Source: Candidatus Scatocola faecipullorum (GTDB lineage: Bacteria; Pseudomonadota; Alphaproteobacteria; RF32; CAG-239). From it: 64,000 nt of DNA. Below the pieces are notes generated by a model that worked only from the letters and a program-made list of their open reading frames with translations, made no database searches and was not told the DNA's origin. The stretch lies in the NCBI GenBank assembly GCA_018714685.1, contig DVNC01000028.1, positions 43,459-107,458 of the forward strand, read 5' to 3'. Made by a program: the position numbers and the translations under genes. Below are positions 1 to 11,467 of this stretch, in pieces (position 1 is the first letter of the stretch; every line of letters begins with the position of its first letter).

Positions 1-452
1 GCTGCGCGTCGCTGCTGAATGTTGCCAAAAAACTGAGTATCCCCTTTCTGATTGCCGAGCAGGATCGCAGCAAGTTCGGCCCGACCATGATTGATTTGCG
101 AAATGTTTTGGGCGATGACGGTGCCTATTTTGAAAAAGATACGCTTTCCTGCTACAAAAATGACAATATCCGCCGCGCTATCGAAAAATCAGGCAAAAAA
201 CAGCTGATTATTGCCGGACTGGAAACGCATCTTTGTGTGCTCCAGACGGCGATTGATTTTGCCGAGGCCGGATATAATGTCTTTGTGGTTGCTGACAGCA
301 GTTCATCGCGCAACGGCATGCAAAGCGTTATGGGCGTTCAGCGTCTGCTGCGCAACGGTGTGGACGTGGTGACCCGTGAAATGGTTATGTTTGAATGGAT
401 GGATCAGTCCGGCAGCCCGCTGTTTAACGAATTGTGGGAGCGCCGTCCCTGA
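1..452 (+). CDS. isochorismatase-family hydrolase (5' end lies upstream of the window)
   Basis: The frame of ORF 87..452 stays open back to nt 3. LIIAGLETHLCVLQTAIDFAEAGYNVFVVADSSSSR resembles the isochorismatase/cysteine-hydrolase core. Confidence 0.7.
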   Translation, partial: CASLLNVAKKLSIPFLIAEQDRSKFGPTMIDLRNVLGDDGAYFEKDTLSCYKNDNIRRAIEKSGKKQLIIAGLETHLCVLQTAIDFAEAGYNVFVVADSSSSRNGMQSVMGVQRLLRNGVDVVTREMVMFEWMDQSGSPLFNELWERRP

Positions 453-468
453 AGCTTTTCCCGTAAAT

Positions 469-500
469 AAAACCTCTGCGGCAAAGCAGAGGTTTTATTT
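469..500. terminator. bidirectional intrinsic terminator between convergent genes
   Basis: 11-bp perfect stem AAAACCTCTGC/GCAGAGGTTTT (469..479 / 486..496) with a 6-nt loop, flanked by A/T runs. Confidence 0.6.
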
Positions 501-525
501 TGTTTGTTTTCTTGCGGGCGGCCAG

Positions 526-894
526 TTATTTGCCGGCTCGTCCGTAAGAGTCCTCATAACGGATAATGTCGCTCTCGTCCAGATTGTCTCCGGTTTGAAC
601 TTCGATGAATTCCATCATGTCGTTCGTGTCGTTTTGAATCCGGTGTTTGGTTTTGGCCGGAATAAAGACGGCGTCATTGGCTTTTTTGAACAGCTTGTCC
701 TCGCCCAGGGTGACAACGGCTTCGCCTTTGATGATAATCCAGTGCTCGTCGCGGAAGTTGTGTGACTGCAGGGAAAGGATGTTTCCCGGCGTTACGCAGA
801 TTCTTTTAACGCAGAAACCGTCGCCCGCGTCCAGAACTTCCCATGTTCCCCACGGTCTGGTGTCGCGGTCGCCTTTTTGATAATTGTTACTCAT
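526..894 (-). CDS. cupin-domain protein resembling the type II phosphomannose isomerase C-terminal domain
   Basis: 122 aa. RPWGTWEVL...SLQSHNFRDEHWIIIKGEAVV...IPAKTKHRIQN is the cupin pattern seen in ManC-type PMI domains. Confidence 0.65.
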   Translation of the reverse strand: MSNNYQKGDRDTRPWGTWEVLDAGDGFCVKRICVTPGNILSLQSHNFRDEHWIIIKGEAVVTLGEDKLFKKANDAVFIPAKTKHRIQNDTNDMMEFIEVQTGDNLDESDIIRYEDSYGRAGK

Positions 895-990
895 AATTTT
901 CTCTGTTAATTATTAAAATAAAATAAGATTATTCTTGATGAAAAGATATAGATATTATATAAAAAATCAAGTTGAATTTTTTTTAGGCAA

Positions 991-3270
991 TTGGATAAAA
1001 TTATGCAGTCACCCGCCATTAACCAGGCTATGGACATTCTGAAATTATTGCGTCAGGTTACTGAAAGCCCCGATGAAGTCCCCGTCAAGCTGTCTAAAAT
1101 CATCCGTATTATTGCCGAGCAGACTTCATCTGACGCGGCTTCCGTTTATTTTGCCGTCGATGACAATTATCTGGAGCTTTTTGCCTCATACGGCCTGAAC
1201 GAAACTGCCGAACACAAGCTGACTATCCGTTTCGGTGAAGGGCTGATCGGCGAAGTGGCCAAAAACAACCGCTCTTTATCATCGGCCGATGCTGCCAAAC
1301 ATCCGAAATTTGCCTACAAAGCCGAACTCGGGGAAGATGCTTATCATGCCTTTCTCGGCGTTCCGCTGATTCGCTGGAACCGGGCCATCGGCGTTTTGGT
1401 CGTGCAGAAAAAAGAGGTTCACGAATATTCGCAGACTGAAATCGAAATTCTGGAAACCGTTGCCATGGTTTTGTCTGAGGTTTTCTCTTCCGAAGAGGTT
1501 TCCAATTATAAAAAAACGCTGATTAAAGAACGCGGACTGACCGCACGGGAACGCATCAAGGGAATCAGTCTGAGCAAAGGCTATGGGTTGGGACAGGCGA
1601 TTATTCACCGCCGCCGTCAGGCTGTCAGCAAAATTTTTGCCGAAGACAAAGAAAAAGAACTGCAGCGTTTGGAAACCGCCCACCGGCAGATGAACGCCGA
1701 CCTGGATGAAAAGCTGAACGCCACCAAACTCGGCATCGGCGAACATGTTGACATTCTTGATGCTTATCGGATGTTTGCCAAAGACAAAGGCTGGTATAAA
1801 AAAATTGCCGACAATGTTAATTCGGGCTTAACTGCGGAAGCGGCGGTCGAGCGCGCTTATGAAGACATGTGGAACCGTCTGTCGGCCACGAATGACCAAT
1901 ATCTCAAAGAGCGTCTGCACGACCTGCGCGATGTGGCCGACCGTTTGCAAAACTATCTCAGCGGCGATTATTGCCGGGCCTGCGAGGTTGTCAACAGCCG
2001 GGACATCGTCGTCGTTGCCCAAACCATGGGGCCGGCGGATCTGATGGATTATGACTATAACAAAATCCGCGGTTTGATTATTGAAGACGGTACGCCGACC
2101 ATGCACGTGGCCATTGTTGCCAAAGCGTTGAATATTCCGGTTATTGCCAAAATCAAAGGCGTGTTTAACGATATTAAAACCGGGGACAATCTGGCGGTTG
2201 ACGGCAACGAAGGTTATGTTTATATCAATCCGAACCAAAGCGTGCTGGAAAAATTCCGCGCCAAAATTGCCGAAAAGCAAAAGCTGCTGGCCCGTTTGGC
2301 CGAGTTGAAAAAACTTCCCTCCAAAACCCTTGACGGCGTGCGTATTGGGTTATATCTCAATGTCGGCCTGTCTTTTGATTTGGACTATATCGAAACCACC
2401 AACTGCGACGGCATCGGTCTGTATCGTACCGAAATTCCTTTTATGGCTTCCGATGTGATGCCTAATGTGGAACGTCAGATTTCCTATTACAAGGAACTGA
2501 TGGATCGCGCCGGAAACAAAAAGGTTATTTTCCGCAGCCTTGATGTCGGTTCCGACAAACTGTTGCCTTACTGGAGCGCCATGGGGGAGGAGAACCCGGC
2601 CATCGGCTGGCGTTCGATTCGCATTACGCTTGACCGCCGGGCAATTCTGCGCAAACAGGTGCGTGCTTTTCTGCGCGCCGCAGCCGGCAAAGAATTGAAT
2701 GTTATGTTTCCGATGATTTCCGATGTTTCGGAATTTGAAGAAGCCAAAGAAACTCTGCTGATTGAACTGGAAAAGGAAAAACGCCGCGGCACGCCCATCC
2801 CTTCCAGAGTTAATGTCGGCCTGATGATTGAAGTGCCTTCAATCGTTTTCCAGTTGGAAGACGTTTTGAAACAGGCCGACTTCATTTCCATCGGCACCAA
2901 TGATCTGGCGCAGTTTACCTTTGCCTGCGATCGCGGCAATCCGCGCCTGACCGAACGTTATGACGTTCTTTCTTCGCCTTTTCTCAAACTGATGGGCGAT
3001 ATTGTCGCCAAGGCGGATGCCGCCGGCGTTTATTGCTCCGTCTGCGGCGAAATGGCCTCCAATCCGATTGAGGCCATGGCGCTCATCGGGCTGGGCTACC
3101 GCAACCTTTCGGCCTCCGGGTCGTCTTACGGCCGGGTTAAGTCGATGATTCGTTCGGTCAATGCCGCCGAAGTCAGTGACTATGTGAAAAGTTTATTGAA
3201 ATCTCAAAAAAGGACTTTACGTCCGCAATTAATGGCCTATGCTTATGACCATGGTATTGAAATCTATTAA
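991..3270 (+). CDS. ptsP: phosphoenolpyruvate-protein phosphotransferase PtsP (EI-Ntr, GAF + PEP-utilising domains)
   Basis: 759 aa. It has an N-terminal GAF-like region, a phospho-His segment GTPTMHVAIVAKALNIPV, and the C-terminal TIM-barrel motifs IGTNDLAQFT and CGEMA. 991 is TTG, so ATG at 1003 is an alternative start. Confidence 0.9.
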   Translation: MDKIMQSPAINQAMDILKLLRQVTESPDEVPVKLSKIIRIIAEQTSSDAASVYFAVDDNYLELFASYGLNETAEHKLTIRFGEGLIGEVAKNNRSLSSADAAKHPKFAYKAELGEDAYHAFLGVPLIRWNRAIGVLVVQKKEVHEYSQTEIEILETVAMVLSEVFSSEEVSNYKKTLIKERGLTARERIKGISLSKGYGLGQAIIHRRRQAVSKIFAEDKEKELQRLETAHRQMNADLDEKLNATKLGIGEHVDILDAYRMFAKDKGWYKKIADNVNSGLTAEAAVERAYEDMWNRLSATNDQYLKERLHDLRDVADRLQNYLSGDYCRACEVVNSRDIVVVAQTMGPADLMDYDYNKIRGLIIEDGTPTMHVAIVAKALNIPVIAKIKGVFNDIKTGDNLAVDGNEGYVYINPNQSVLEKFRAKIAEKQKLLARLAELKKLPSKTLDGVRIGLYLNVGLSFDLDYIETTNCDGIGLYRTEIPFMASDVMPNVERQISYYKELMDRAGNKKVIFRSLDVGSDKLLPYWSAMGEENPAIGWRSIRITLDRRAILRKQVRAFLRAAAGKELNVMFPMISDVSEFEEAKETLLIELEKEKRRGTPIPSRVNVGLMIEVPSIVFQLEDVLKQADFISIGTNDLAQFTFACDRGNPRLTERYDVLSSPFLKLMGDIVAKADAAGVYCSVCGEMASNPIEAMALIGLGYRNLSASGSSYGRVKSMIRSVNAAEVSDYVKSLLKSQKRTLRPQLMAYAYDHGIEIY

Positions 3271-3334
3271 AAACTGTGGTTCAATAACCGGCAGATTCGC
3301 AAATCATACTTAATGACATTAAAGGGATAAAACC

Positions 3335-4372
3335 GTGAAAAAGGAAATCAGAAAAGAAAAAGACACCGCTGCGGAAAATGCTTCCCCCGCCGCTCAGTCC
3401 GACGTAAAGGAAAAAATGTCTGAGAATGAGGGAAAAGTCGGCGGCATGCTTCATGATGCACGCCTTAAAAAAGGCCTTAAAATCGAAGATATTGCCAAAG
3501 AGCTTTATATTCGTCCGGCTTATCTGGAAGCCATTGAAAGCAGTAATTATGATGAAATTCCCGAACCGCCGTACGGGGTTGGTTTTATCCGTACTTATGC
3601 AGAATTTCTGGGGCTGAATTCTGCCCGCGTGGTTCAGCTGTTTAAGGAAGAGACCGATGCCAATGCTCAGGCTGATGACCTTTATGTGCTTGAACCTCAG
3701 GCCGAAGCGACCGTTCCCAACAAAAAATATCTGTTAATCAGTCTGGCTGCCGTTGCTCTGCTCTATGCAGCCTGGTTTGCCTATAACGAGAGTCAGAATG
3801 CCGTCGTTGAAGAACCTGTTGCCGAGGAAGTCTTGACCGATGTTTCCGTGCCGGCGGATGATTTTCCTCTTCAGGTGGAAGATTTTGCCACCTTGGACGA
3901 AACTGTTCCTCCCGCAGATGAAAATGAAATTGCCGTCGTTGATGTGACGACGGCTGCTCCGGTTGAATCTTCGCCGCAGGTAACGGTCAGCGAAGCCAGC
4001 TTTGTTGAGCCGGAAACTCCTGCCGTTCAGCCGGAAACACCGGCAGTTGAAACTCCTGCCCCGGCGGAAGCGGCACAGCCCGCAGCCGAAGCCGAAAAAG
4101 CCCCCGTGGTTGATACCAAGGCCGGTTCCCGCGTTCTTTTGAAGATTAACAAAGAAACCTGGGTTGAAGTTAAAGACCAGGACAAACTGTGGATCAGCAA
4201 GGTGCTCCAGCCGGGTGACACTTACAAAGTTCCTGCCGGCAGCGGCAAGATTCTTTCCGTCGGCCGGGTGGACGCGGTAGAAGTCCTGATTGACGGCAAA
4301 GTCGTGCCGGTTGTTTCTGCCGCCAAGAAAACCGGTATTGCACTCGACAAGTTTCTTGACGCAAACCATTAG
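3335..4372 (+). CDS. rodZ: RodZ-like cytoskeleton/HTH membrane protein
   Basis: It has an XRE-type HTH (LKIEDIAKELYIRPAYLEAIESSNYDEIPEPPYGVGFIRTYAEFLGL), one TM segment, a Pro/Ala/Glu-rich linker and a C-terminal beta domain. The rodZ-ispG-hisS order matches enterobacterial synteny. GTG start. Confidence 0.65.
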   Translation: MKKEIRKEKDTAAENASPAAQSDVKEKMSENEGKVGGMLHDARLKKGLKIEDIAKELYIRPAYLEAIESSNYDEIPEPPYGVGFIRTYAEFLGLNSARVVQLFKEETDANAQADDLYVLEPQAEATVPNKKYLLISLAAVALLYAAWFAYNESQNAVVEEPVAEEVLTDVSVPADDFPLQVEDFATLDETVPPADENEIAVVDVTTAAPVESSPQVTVSEASFVEPETPAVQPETPAVETPAPAEAAQPAAEAEKAPVVDTKAGSRVLLKINKETWVEVKDQDKLWISKVLQPGDTYKVPAGSGKILSVGRVDAVEVLIDGKVVPVVSAAKKTGIALDKFLDANH

Positions 4373-4388
4373 CCCGTCTTCATATTCA

Positions 4389-4429
4389 GGAAAATAGCAG
4401 GTTGCCCGCTTGCTATTTTCCTTTTATTT
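4389..4429 (+). terminator. putative intrinsic terminator after rodZ
   Basis: Stem GGAAAATAGCA/TGCTATTTTCC (4389..4399 / 4411..4421) followed by TTTTATTT. Confidence 0.5.
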
Positions 4430-4474
4430 ATGAAAAATTGAAAACGCCGCAAAAACAAAGAAAAGGACTGTAAT

Positions 4475-5542
4475 ATGGAAAAAATAATTCGTCGCAAATC
4501 CCGTCAGATTATGGTAGGAAAAGTTGCCGTCGGAGGCGATGCCCCGATTTCGGTTCAGTCTATGACCAATACGCCGACATCCGATGTTAAGGCAACCGTT
4601 GAACAAATTCAGCGTCAGGAACGGGTCGGCTGCGACATCACCCGCTGCTCCTGTCCGGATGAAGCTTCTGCCCGGGCTTTGAAAGAGATAACCAAAGCCG
4701 TTGATATCCCGGTGGTGGCCGACATTCATTTTGATTACCGTCTCGGGCTGCTGGCGGCAGATAACGGCGCTGCCTGCCTGCGGATTAATCCCGGCAACAT
4801 CGGCGGAGCCGACCGCGTAAAAGAAGTTGTCAAAGCGGCCAAGGCAAACGGCTGCTCGATTCGTATCGGGGTTAACGGCGGCTCGCTGGATAAACGCCTG
4901 CTGGAAAAATACGGCGAACCGACAGCCGACGCCATGGTCGAAAGCGCTTTGGAACAGGCAAAAATGCTGGAAGATAATGATTTCTTCGAATTTAAAATCA
5001 GCGTTAAATCTTCTAATACCCTGATGATGATTGACGCTTATCGGAAACTGGCGGCAGCCTGCGATTATCCGCTGCATTTGGGCGTAACCGAGGCCGGCGG
5101 TCTGCGTGCCGGAACCGTGCGTTCGGCAATCGGTATCGGCAGTCTGCTGATGAGCGGCATCGGCGATACCCTGCGCGTATCCCTGACGGCCGATGTTGAA
5201 GAAGAAGTCAAAGCCGGTTATGAAATTTTGAAAGCGTTGGATCTCCGACATCGGGGAGTAAGGATAATCTCTTGCCCGACCTGCGCCCGCCGGGGGTATA
5301 ATGTCCAACAAACCGTTGAAGAACTGGAAAAGAGACTGGCTCATATCACCAAACCGCTGACCCTTGCGGTAATGGGCTGCGTGGTGAACGGCCCCGGAGA
5401 ATCCGCTCATGCCGATTTCGGCGTCTGCGGCGGCAAAGGCGGCGAGAATATGATTTATGTCGGCGGCAAACCCGACCACAAAGTAAAAAGTGAAAATATT
5501 GTTGACGAACTGGTTCGTCTGGTAGAAGCAAAGGTAAGTTAA
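4475..5542 (+). CDS. ispG: 4-hydroxy-3-methylbut-2-en-1-yl diphosphate synthase
   Basis: 355 aa. Carries [22 protein letters not shown] and the Fe-S Cys motifs CPTCAR and GCVVNGPGE. Confidence 0.95.
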   Translation: MEKIIRRKSRQIMVGKVAVGGDAPISVQSMTNTPTSDVKATVEQIQRQERVGCDITRCSCPDEASARALKEITKAVDIPVVADIHFDYRLGLLAADNGAACLRINPGNIGGADRVKEVVKAAKANGCSIRIGVNGGSLDKRLLEKYGEPTADAMVESALEQAKMLEDNDFFEFKISVKSSNTLMMIDAYRKLAAACDYPLHLGVTEAGGLRAGTVRSAIGIGSLLMSGIGDTLRVSLTADVEEEVKAGYEILKALDLRHRGVRIISCPTCARRGYNVQQTVEELEKRLAHITKPLTLAVMGCVVNGPGESAHADFGVCGGKGGENMIYVGGKPDHKVKSENIVDELVRLVEAKVS

Positions 5543-5543
5543 A

Positions 5544-6779
5544 ATGGCTAAAATTCAAAATGTGCGCGGTACGTATGATCTCTATGGCGAGGCAAAGCGC
5601 AAAACCAAAAAAGTGATTGCCACCGGTGGCGAAATTGTCGAGAAATACGGCTTTGAAGAAATTGAAACTCCGATTTTCGAGTTTACCGAAGTTTTTTCCC
5701 GCAATCTCGGTGACACTTCTGATATCGTAACCAAAGAAATGTATTGTTTTCAGGATCGCGGCGGCGAAAGCCTGACCCTGCGTCCGGAAGGTACCGCCGG
5801 TGTTGTCCGTTCGTTTATCTCTGAGGGGATGCAGCAGAACCTTCCGGTCAAACTCTATTATGCCGGGCCGATGTTTCGTTACGAACGTCCGCAGAAAGGG
5901 CGTCAGCGCCAGTTTACCCAGTTTGGCGTTGAACTTCTTGGTGTCGAAAATCCGCAGGCGGATATTGAAGTTATTTCCATGGCCTATGAGTTTGTTGAAA
6001 AATTAGGCCTGGCCGGCAGTGTGACTGTTGAAATTAACTCTTTGGGCGACCAGGAAAGCCGTGATGCCTATCGTACCAAACTGGTGGCTTATTTGCAGGA
6101 ACACTATGATGAGCTGTCGGAGGACAGCAAAGCCCGCCTGGAAAAAAATCCGCTGCGCGTGCTTGATTCCAAAGAAGACTGCGATAAAAAAGTAGTCGAA
6201 AATGCACCGTTGTATAAAGACAGTTTGAATGAAGCCTCGACTTCTTTCTTTAATCAGGTCTTGACCGGATTGGATAAATTGGGTATTAAATACCGCGTCA
6301 ATAACCGTCTGGTGCGCGGGCTGGATTATTATTCCCACACCGTTTTTGAATTGGTGACCGATAAGCTGGGCGCTCAGGGAACGGTTTTGGCTGGCGGCCG
6401 CTATGACGGTTTGGTCGAACAGATGGGCGGCGGCAAAGTCGCCGGCATCGGTTGGGCCTGCGGGGTCGAGCGTTTAAGCATGTTGCTTGAAGCCGATGTT
6501 TCGCTGCCGCGCCCGGTAGCGGTTATTCCGGTAACCGAAGATGTTAATTTGCAGGCCGTCGAAATTGCTTATCGTCTGCGCAAAGCCGGTTTCAGCGTTG
6601 ACCAGAGTTACGGCGGCAATATGAAAAAGCGGATGATAAAAGCCAATAAGGCAAATGCATTTGCCGCGGTAATCGTCGGACCCGACGAACTGGCAAACGG
6701 TGAAGTTACCGTTAAAAACCTCGACAGCGGCGAGCAGAAAACCGTTGCTTTGAATAATATTGAAAAGGAAATAAATTAA
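5544..6779 (+). CDS. hisS: histidine--tRNA ligase
   Basis: 411 aa. Carries the class II aaRS motifs [24 protein letters not shown] and GGRYDGL. Confidence 0.95.
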   Translation: MAKIQNVRGTYDLYGEAKRKTKKVIATGGEIVEKYGFEEIETPIFEFTEVFSRNLGDTSDIVTKEMYCFQDRGGESLTLRPEGTAGVVRSFISEGMQQNLPVKLYYAGPMFRYERPQKGRQRQFTQFGVELLGVENPQADIEVISMAYEFVEKLGLAGSVTVEINSLGDQESRDAYRTKLVAYLQEHYDELSEDSKARLEKNPLRVLDSKEDCDKKVVENAPLYKDSLNEASTSFFNQVLTGLDKLGIKYRVNNRLVRGLDYYSHTVFELVTDKLGAQGTVLAGGRYDGLVEQMGGGKVAGIGWACGVERLSMLLEADVSLPRPVAVIPVTEDVNLQAVEIAYRLRKAGFSVDQSYGGNMKKRMIKANKANAFAAVIVGPDELANGEVTVKNLDSGEQKTVALNNIEKEIN

Positions 6780-7855
6780 TGGCCTCTTTTGCTGAAAAAC
6801 TGGCGAATGTGGTAAGCCGCCACGATGAAATTTCGGCTTTGCTGTCTTCTCCCGACGTCGGTGCCGACGATTTGGTGCGCATGAATAAGGAATTGGCGGC
6901 CTTAACCCCGGTAGTGGAAGCAATACATGAATATAATCATGCCGAAAAAAATATGGCCGATGCCAAGGCGATGATGGATGATTCCTCGCTGGATAAGGAA
7001 ATGCGCGAAATGGCCGAAGCCGAATTTTACGAGCTGAAAGAAAAGCTGCCGGAACTGGAAAAGCAGATTAAAATTCTTCTGCTGCCCAAAGATGCCGAAG
7101 ACGAAAAAAACGCGATTCTCGAAATTCGTGCCGGCACCGGCGGTGATGAAGCCGCTTTGTTCGGAACCGTGCTGTTTGAAATGTATCAACGCTATTCGGC
7201 TTTGCAGGGCTGGAAATTTGAAACCATTGACGTGGATGAAAACGGCCTGGGCGGCTACAAGCAGGCAACCGCCAAAATCACCGGCAAAGATGTTTTTGCC
7301 AAATTAAAATTTGAGTCCGGCGCACACCGTGTACAGCGAGTGCCGGTAACGGAATCGCAGGGGCGGGTGCACACGTCGGCCGCTACCGTAGCCGTTCTGC
7401 CCGAGATTGAAGAAGTTGATATGTACATCAATCCGGCTGATTTGAAAATTGACGTTTACCGCGCCTCGGGAGCCGGCGGACAGCACGTTAACCGGACGGA
7501 ATCCGCCGTTCGCATTACGCATATTCCCACCGGGGTTGTCGTACAGTGTCAGGACGACCGTTCGCAGTATAAAAATAAGGAAAAGGCGATGAACCACCTG
7601 CGGGCCAAGTTGTATGACTTGCAGAAATCGACCATTGACAAAGAATATTCCGAACGCCGCAAGTTGCAAGTCGGTTCCGGTGACCGTTCCGAACGGATTC
7701 GCACCTATAACTATCCGCAGGGGCGGGTAACCGACCATCGGATTAACCTTACTTTGTATAAATTGGACGAAGTGGTTTCCGGCGATGCTCTGGGCGAAAT
7801 TATCGATGCTCTGGTCATGGAAGACCAGGCAGAACGTCTGGCTGAACTGGATTAA
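6779..7855 (+). CDS. prfA: peptide chain release factor 1
   Basis: 358 aa. Carries the GGQ motif ([23 protein letters not shown]) and a PVT tripeptide in [14 protein letters not shown], which is RF1-type (PxT). Its ATG overlaps the hisS stop. Confidence 0.95.
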   Translation: MASFAEKLANVVSRHDEISALLSSPDVGADDLVRMNKELAALTPVVEAIHEYNHAEKNMADAKAMMDDSSLDKEMREMAEAEFYELKEKLPELEKQIKILLLPKDAEDEKNAILEIRAGTGGDEAALFGTVLFEMYQRYSALQGWKFETIDVDENGLGGYKQATAKITGKDVFAKLKFESGAHRVQRVPVTESQGRVHTSAATVAVLPEIEEVDMYINPADLKIDVYRASGAGGQHVNRTESAVRITHIPTGVVVQCQDDRSQYKNKEKAMNHLRAKLYDLQKSTIDKEYSERRKLQVGSGDRSERIRTYNYPQGRVTDHRINLTLYKLDEVVSGDALGEIIDALVMEDQAERLAELD

Positions 7856-7994
7856 AAACGGTAAATCCAAACGCTCGGAAACCGGCGGGGCAGAGATGAA
7901 CTGCCGCCGCCGTACGATGCTTGTATATGAGTCGCATTTTTTGATTGTGTCAGAAGCGGTTTCCTTTTATGATAACGACAATTAAGAGGAAAGA

Positions 7995-10900
7995 ATGTCA
8001 GAGCCTAAATTTGTACATTTAAGAGTTCATACCGCCTATTCGTTGTCGGAAGGCGCCATGCAGGTGCCGGCTCTGATTCACAAATGTCATGCTCAGGGCA
8101 TTGCCGCCATTGCCGTAACCGACACCGCCAATATGTTTGGCGGCAAGGCTTTTTCCAAATATGCCTCGGAAGAAGGGGTCAAGCCGATTATGGGCTGCCA
8201 GTTCTATCTGCGCAATCCTGATGCCGATGACGTGTTAAAGTCCAAAGGGCGCGTGATTGAGCCGGATAAGATTATCCTGCTGGTCATGAATGATGAAGGC
8301 TATCATAATATTATGAAGCTGATGAAAATCGCCTACCTCGACGGTCCAAACCTTGAAAAACCGCAGATTCGCCTGCAAAACCTGCGTGAGCTGAATGCCG
8401 GGCTGATTGCCCTGACCGGTGGTGTTGAAGGGCAGATTGGCCGTTTGCTTCTGGAAAATCGTAAAGATGAAGCCGAAAAAACGCTGGTCGAACTGAAGGA
8501 GATTTTCCCCTCCCGTTTGTATATGGAGATTATGCGCATCGGTCTCGAAACCGAGCAGCGCACTGAGGAAGATTTTATCAATTTGGCCTATAAATATGAT
8601 ATCCCGCTGGTTGCCACCAACGAAGCATTCTTTTTTGATGCTGATATGTATGAAGCGCATGATGCGCTGGCTTGCATTGCTGCCGGTGAATATGTTGCCA
8701 ACGATAACCGCAAAAAGTTTTCGCCCAATAACCGCCTCCGCTCCGAAGCGGAAATGATTGAACTTTTCAGCGACCTGCCGGAAGCGGTCGAAAGCACGGT
8801 TCGCATTGCCGAGCGTTGCAATTATCTTTCCAAAAAGGTTAATCCGCTGCTGCCGATTTTTGAATGTCCGGACGGCAAAACCCAAGATGAATTTATTACC
8901 GAAGAGGCCTATAAAGGACTTGATGAGCGAATGAAAGCTCAGGTTTATTTTGAGGGAATGACGGCGGAAGAGAAGGCTGAAATTGACGAGCGTTATTATG
9001 CCCGCCTTGAATATGAATTGAGCGTTATCAAAAAAATGGGCTTTCCCGGCTACTTCCTGATCGTATCGGACTTCATCCGCTGGTCCAAAGGGCATGGCGT
9101 GCCGGTCGGTCCGGGCCGCGGTTCCGGTGCAGGCTCAATCGTGGCTTGGTCTTTAAAAGTAACCGACCTTGATCCGCTGAAACTGGATCTGCTGTTTGAA
9201 CGTTTTCTTAATCCGGAACGTATTAACATGCCGGATTTCGACGTCGACTTCTGTCAGGAAAACCGCTACAAAACCATTGAATATGTGCAGAACAAATACG
9301 GTTTTGACCATGTGGCGCAGATTATTACCTACGGTAAGCTGCAATCCAAAGCGGTGATTCGTGACGTGGCTCGTGTGCTGCAGATGCCCTATGCTCAGGC
9401 AGACCGCATCAGCAAAATGATTCCGCCCGGCGTGCAGGGTAAAAATCCGACCTTGCAGGAATCTCTCGATCAGGTTCCTGAGTTGGAAGAAATGCGTCAA
9501 AACGACCCGCAGGTCAATAAACTGTTTGACATTGCGATGAAACTGGAAGGACTGTATCGCCAGTCCGGTGTCCATGCTGCCGGTGTGGTTATCGGCGACC
9601 GCCCGCTTGACCAGCTGGTTCCGCTTTATAAAGATCCGAAGTCGGATATGCCGGTGACCCAGTATGATATGAAATATGTCGAGGAAACCGGCCTGATTAA
9701 GTTTGACTTTCTCGGCCTGAAAACTCTGACCGTGATTAAACGCGCCTGTGACTGGGTTAAAAAAGTGCACGGCGTTGAGCTGGATATGGACAATATCAAT
9801 CTGGATGACCGCCCGACCTACGAATTGTTGCAGCGCGGCGATACTTCCGCGGTGTTCCAGTTTGAATCTCCCGGCATGAAAGACGTTCACAAGCAAATCA
9901 AGCCTGACCGTTTTGAAGACCTTATCGCTATCGTTTCCCTCTACCGCCCGGGCCCGATGGACAATATTCCGAGCTATATCAAACGCAAGCACGGGGAAGA
10001 AGACATTACTTACCTGCATCCGCAGCTGGAGCCGATTCTTAAGGAAACCTACGGCATTATGATTTATCAGGAGCAGGTTATGAACATCGCCCGCGCATTG
10101 GGCGGCTACACCATGGGCGGTGCGGACAAGCTGCGTAAAGTTATGGGTAAAAAAATGCGCGACGAAATTCCGAAACAGCGCAAAATGTTTACCGAAGGCG
10201 CCATTAAAAACGGCATTGAACAAGCTACGGCCGAAGCAATTTTTGACCAGATGGAAAAGTTCGCTTCTTACGGATTTAATAAGTCACACGCCGCTGCTTA
10301 TTCGCTGATTTCTTACCAGACGGCTTATCTGAAAGCGCATTACCCGGTTGAATTCTTGTGCGCGGTTATGTCTCTTGATATTACCAACACCGAGAAACTG
10401 CTTCTTTATAAGGAAGAATGCAAAAAGATGGGTTTTGAGGTGCTGAAGCCTGATATTAACAAATCCGGTGCCGACTTTGCGGTGGAAGACGGCAATATCC
10501 GTTATGCCCTGGGCGCCATTAAAGGCGTCGGTGCCGCCAATATGCAGGCGATTGAAGATGAACGCCGGGCGCACGGCCCTTATAAGGACTTGTCTGATTT
10601 CATTCATCGTACCGACATCAAGCAGATTAACCGCCGCCAAATGGAACAGCTGGCCAAGGCCGGGGCTTTTGACTGTTTGGATAAAAACCGCGGCAAGATT
10701 TTTGCCAACATTGAAACGATTATGCAGCATATTGCCGCAGCCAGCGAACTGAAGACCAGTTCTCAGGCTTCGCTGTTCGGTACCGAGGAGCTGCATACCA
10801 CCGTCAAACTGGCCGATAAGCCGGATTGGCCGGAGCTGGAAAAGTTGAAGCTTGAAGCTGAGGCCGTCGGCTTTTATCTTTCCGCGCACCCGCTCGACAG

Positions 10901-11465
10901 CTATGCCCGCGGCATGGAGCGGCTGGGGGTTAAAACTGCGGTGGAGGTTTTCCATAACATTAAAGTCGGCGATACGATTCGCGCCAAACTGGCCGGCTGT
11001 GTCAATTCGGTGCAGAAACGCATCAGCAAAAGCGGCAACAAATATGCCTTTGTCGAATTTTCCGATGCCACCAGCAACTTTGAAGGGCTGCTGTTTTCCG
11101 AAGGTTTGGCCCGGTTTGAAAATGTGCTGAGTTCCGGTTTGCCGGTATTGGTCAGCATGAGCATCGACAAGCAGGAAGAGGACGGCCGCCCTCGCTGCAT
11201 GATTAATAATGTCGATACGCTGGACAAGGCAATTGCCGATGTCGCCAACGGCCTGGAAATCGAATTGAACGATGCCAGTGCGTTGCCCGGTTTGAAGGCC
11301 ATTCTTTCCAAAGATAGAAATGGCAAAAATAAAATATATATTAAACCCGATAACAAGGACTGGGACGTCCGCATAGAACTGGCCGGCGGCTTTGCCTTTG
11401 CCGACCAGGACTTCTTAAGCCGCATCCGCAGCCTGCCCGGGGTAACTACAGTAAAGGAAATCTGA
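7995..11465 (+). CDS. dnaE: DNA polymerase III alpha subunit
   Basis: 1156 aa. N-terminal PHP domain (FVHLRVHTAYSLSEGA), then the PolIIIA core (MPDFDVDFC, GLIKFDFLGLKTL) and a C-terminal OB region. Confidence 0.95.
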   Translation: MSEPKFVHLRVHTAYSLSEGAMQVPALIHKCHAQGIAAIAVTDTANMFGGKAFSKYASEEGVKPIMGCQFYLRNPDADDVLKSKGRVIEPDKIILLVMNDEGYHNIMKLMKIAYLDGPNLEKPQIRLQNLRELNAGLIALTGGVEGQIGRLLLENRKDEAEKTLVELKEIFPSRLYMEIMRIGLETEQRTEEDFINLAYKYDIPLVATNEAFFFDADMYEAHDALACIAAGEYVANDNRKKFSPNNRLRSEAEMIELFSDLPEAVESTVRIAERCNYLSKKVNPLLPIFECPDGKTQDEFITEEAYKGLDERMKAQVYFEGMTAEEKAEIDERYYARLEYELSVIKKMGFPGYFLIVSDFIRWSKGHGVPVGPGRGSGAGSIVAWSLKVTDLDPLKLDLLFERFLNPERINMPDFDVDFCQENRYKTIEYVQNKYGFDHVAQIITYGKLQSKAVIRDVARVLQMPYAQADRISKMIPPGVQGKNPTLQESLDQVPELEEMRQNDPQVNKLFDIAMKLEGLYRQSGVHAAGVVIGDRPLDQLVPLYKDPKSDMPVTQYDMKYVEETGLIKFDFLGLKTLTVIKRACDWVKKVHGVELDMDNINLDDRPTYELLQRGDTSAVFQFESPGMKDVHKQIKPDRFEDLIAIVSLYRPGPMDNIPSYIKRKHGEEDITYLHPQLEPILKETYGIMIYQEQVMNIARALGGYTMGGADKLRKVMGKKMRDEIPKQRKMFTEGAIKNGIEQATAEAIFDQMEKFASYGFNKSHAAAYSLISYQTAYLKAHYPVEFLCAVMSLDITNTEKLLLYKEECKKMGFEVLKPDINKSGADFAVEDGNIRYALGAIKGVGAANMQAIEDERRAHGPYKDLSDFIHRTDIKQINRRQMEQLAKAGAFDCLDKNRGKIFANIETIMQHIAAASELKTSSQASLFGTEELHTTVKLADKPDWPELEKLKLEAEAVGFYLSAHPLDSYARGMERLGVKTAVEVFHNIKVGDTIRAKLAGCVNSVQKRISKSGNKYAFVEFSDATSNFEGLLFSEGLARFENVLSSGLPVLVSMSIDKQEEDGRPRCMINNVDTLDKAIADVANGLEIELNDASALPGLKAILSKDRNGKNKIYIKPDNKDWDVRIELAGGFAFADQDFLSRIRSLPGVTTVKEI

Positions 11466-11467
11466 CC

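Noticed and set aside
4424-5479. 351-aa ORF on the minus strand
   Set aside because: It is entirely antisense to ispG, whose product has unambiguous motifs. The translation is low complexity and Ala/Gly/Arg-rich, which is typical of a shadow ORF.
8235-10955. Several long minus-strand ORFs (8235..9095, 9153..10223, 10284..10955)
   Set aside because: All lie inside dnaE on the opposite strand and have no motifs. They are shadow ORFs of a long, codon-biased gene.
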